DNA of 63,338 bases, filler included, from Diploschistes diacapsis (Eukaryota): assembly GCA_023645945.1 (NCBI GenBank). It is 15 parts of 15 records of this genome, joined end to end, with 100 filler letters (N's around TTAATTAATTAA, not from the genome) between each part and the next. Parts side by side here need not be neighbours in the genome. Positions count along the whole stretch, not along the records: positions 61,895 to 63,338 come from JALAIB010003084.1; 14 more parts are not named here. One strand, written 5' to 3'. The notes beneath the pieces were generated by a model that ran no database searches, was not told where the DNA came from, and saw only the letters and a list, made by a program, of their open reading frames with translations. The position numbers were made by a program, and so were the translations under genes. Each line of letters opens with the position of its first letter. Within the stretch, counting starts at the first letter, position 1. Shown one piece after another: positions 62,892-63,338 of the stretch.

Positions 62892-63115
62892 TATAAACAT
62901 AAAAGTAGGCTGTAGACTTGATAAAGGGCGAGTCCCTCAGAGCAACTCTACATAAGAAGGTCTGTTAGGTAGCTCTAAACAATTAATACATCCTACATCT
63001 CATAAATGTCCTATTTAGGTATGCTATTGACTACGAGATCACATTACATTCATCTACGACTACCTCCCTACTACAGCAAGGGAAGTCTCCCTAGACAGCG
63101 CGCCTTGTGTTTATA
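62892..63115 (-). mobile_element. LTR family B copy
   Basis: Reverse complement of 51486-51720. The adjoining leader and low-complexity internal region also resemble 51721-52220. Confidence 0.75.
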
Positions 63116-63338
63116 ATAGGAACTAAAATCATGCTCTAAAACTGGATGTTTATACAATAATTTCTAAACTTCTTTCTCCGATAACCTATAAATAAAGATA
63201 ATAATTATTTCTCGTTTAAAAAAGATATCCTGTTTAAGAAGATTTCTGGCTATAATTTTAAATCTAGAACAAAAGTTTCGGAATCTTTTTTAATTATTAC
63301 GGTACCTCGTAGCCAATTTTACCAGATAGGTCTTAATG

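Overview
Filamentous-ascomycete (Pezizomycotina-like) genomic DNA with short GT-AG introns and RIP-mutated repeats. The window is a concatenation of 15 contigs joined by 14 artificial 100-bp linkers (N44-TTAATTAATTAA-N44), so adjacency across linkers is not biological. Contig 1 (1-21594) holds a Tc1/mariner relic, RtcA, CSN6, a TMEM184/OSTalpha-like protein, a TDT/C4-dicarboxylate transporter, an Acinus-like SAP-RRM protein and MET2. It ends in an accessory tract with two pseudogenes (one a NACHT-WD40 NLR) and the start of a GFA gene. Contig 2 (21695-43233) starts with a ~8-kb array of about 8-10 highly diverged, intronless paralogues of an unrecognised ~140-180 aa family (motifs MP[RQH]K and GLxGLLPxAELL). 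After it come a pyruvate dehydrogenase kinase whose stop sits in a TGA-CAATCA readthrough context with a 73-codon in-frame extension, a LisH-WD40 (Sif2/TBL1-like) gene, a TMEM115-like gene, a tRNA-like element with an aberrant anticodon arm, a GNAT and the 3' end of a DUF1295 gene. The 13 small (~1.45 kb) contigs are mostly nested, RIP-degraded Gypsy, Copia, pogo/Fot1 and hAT-like relics, plus one cupin gene. All calls come from reading the sequence by eye; no searches were run.
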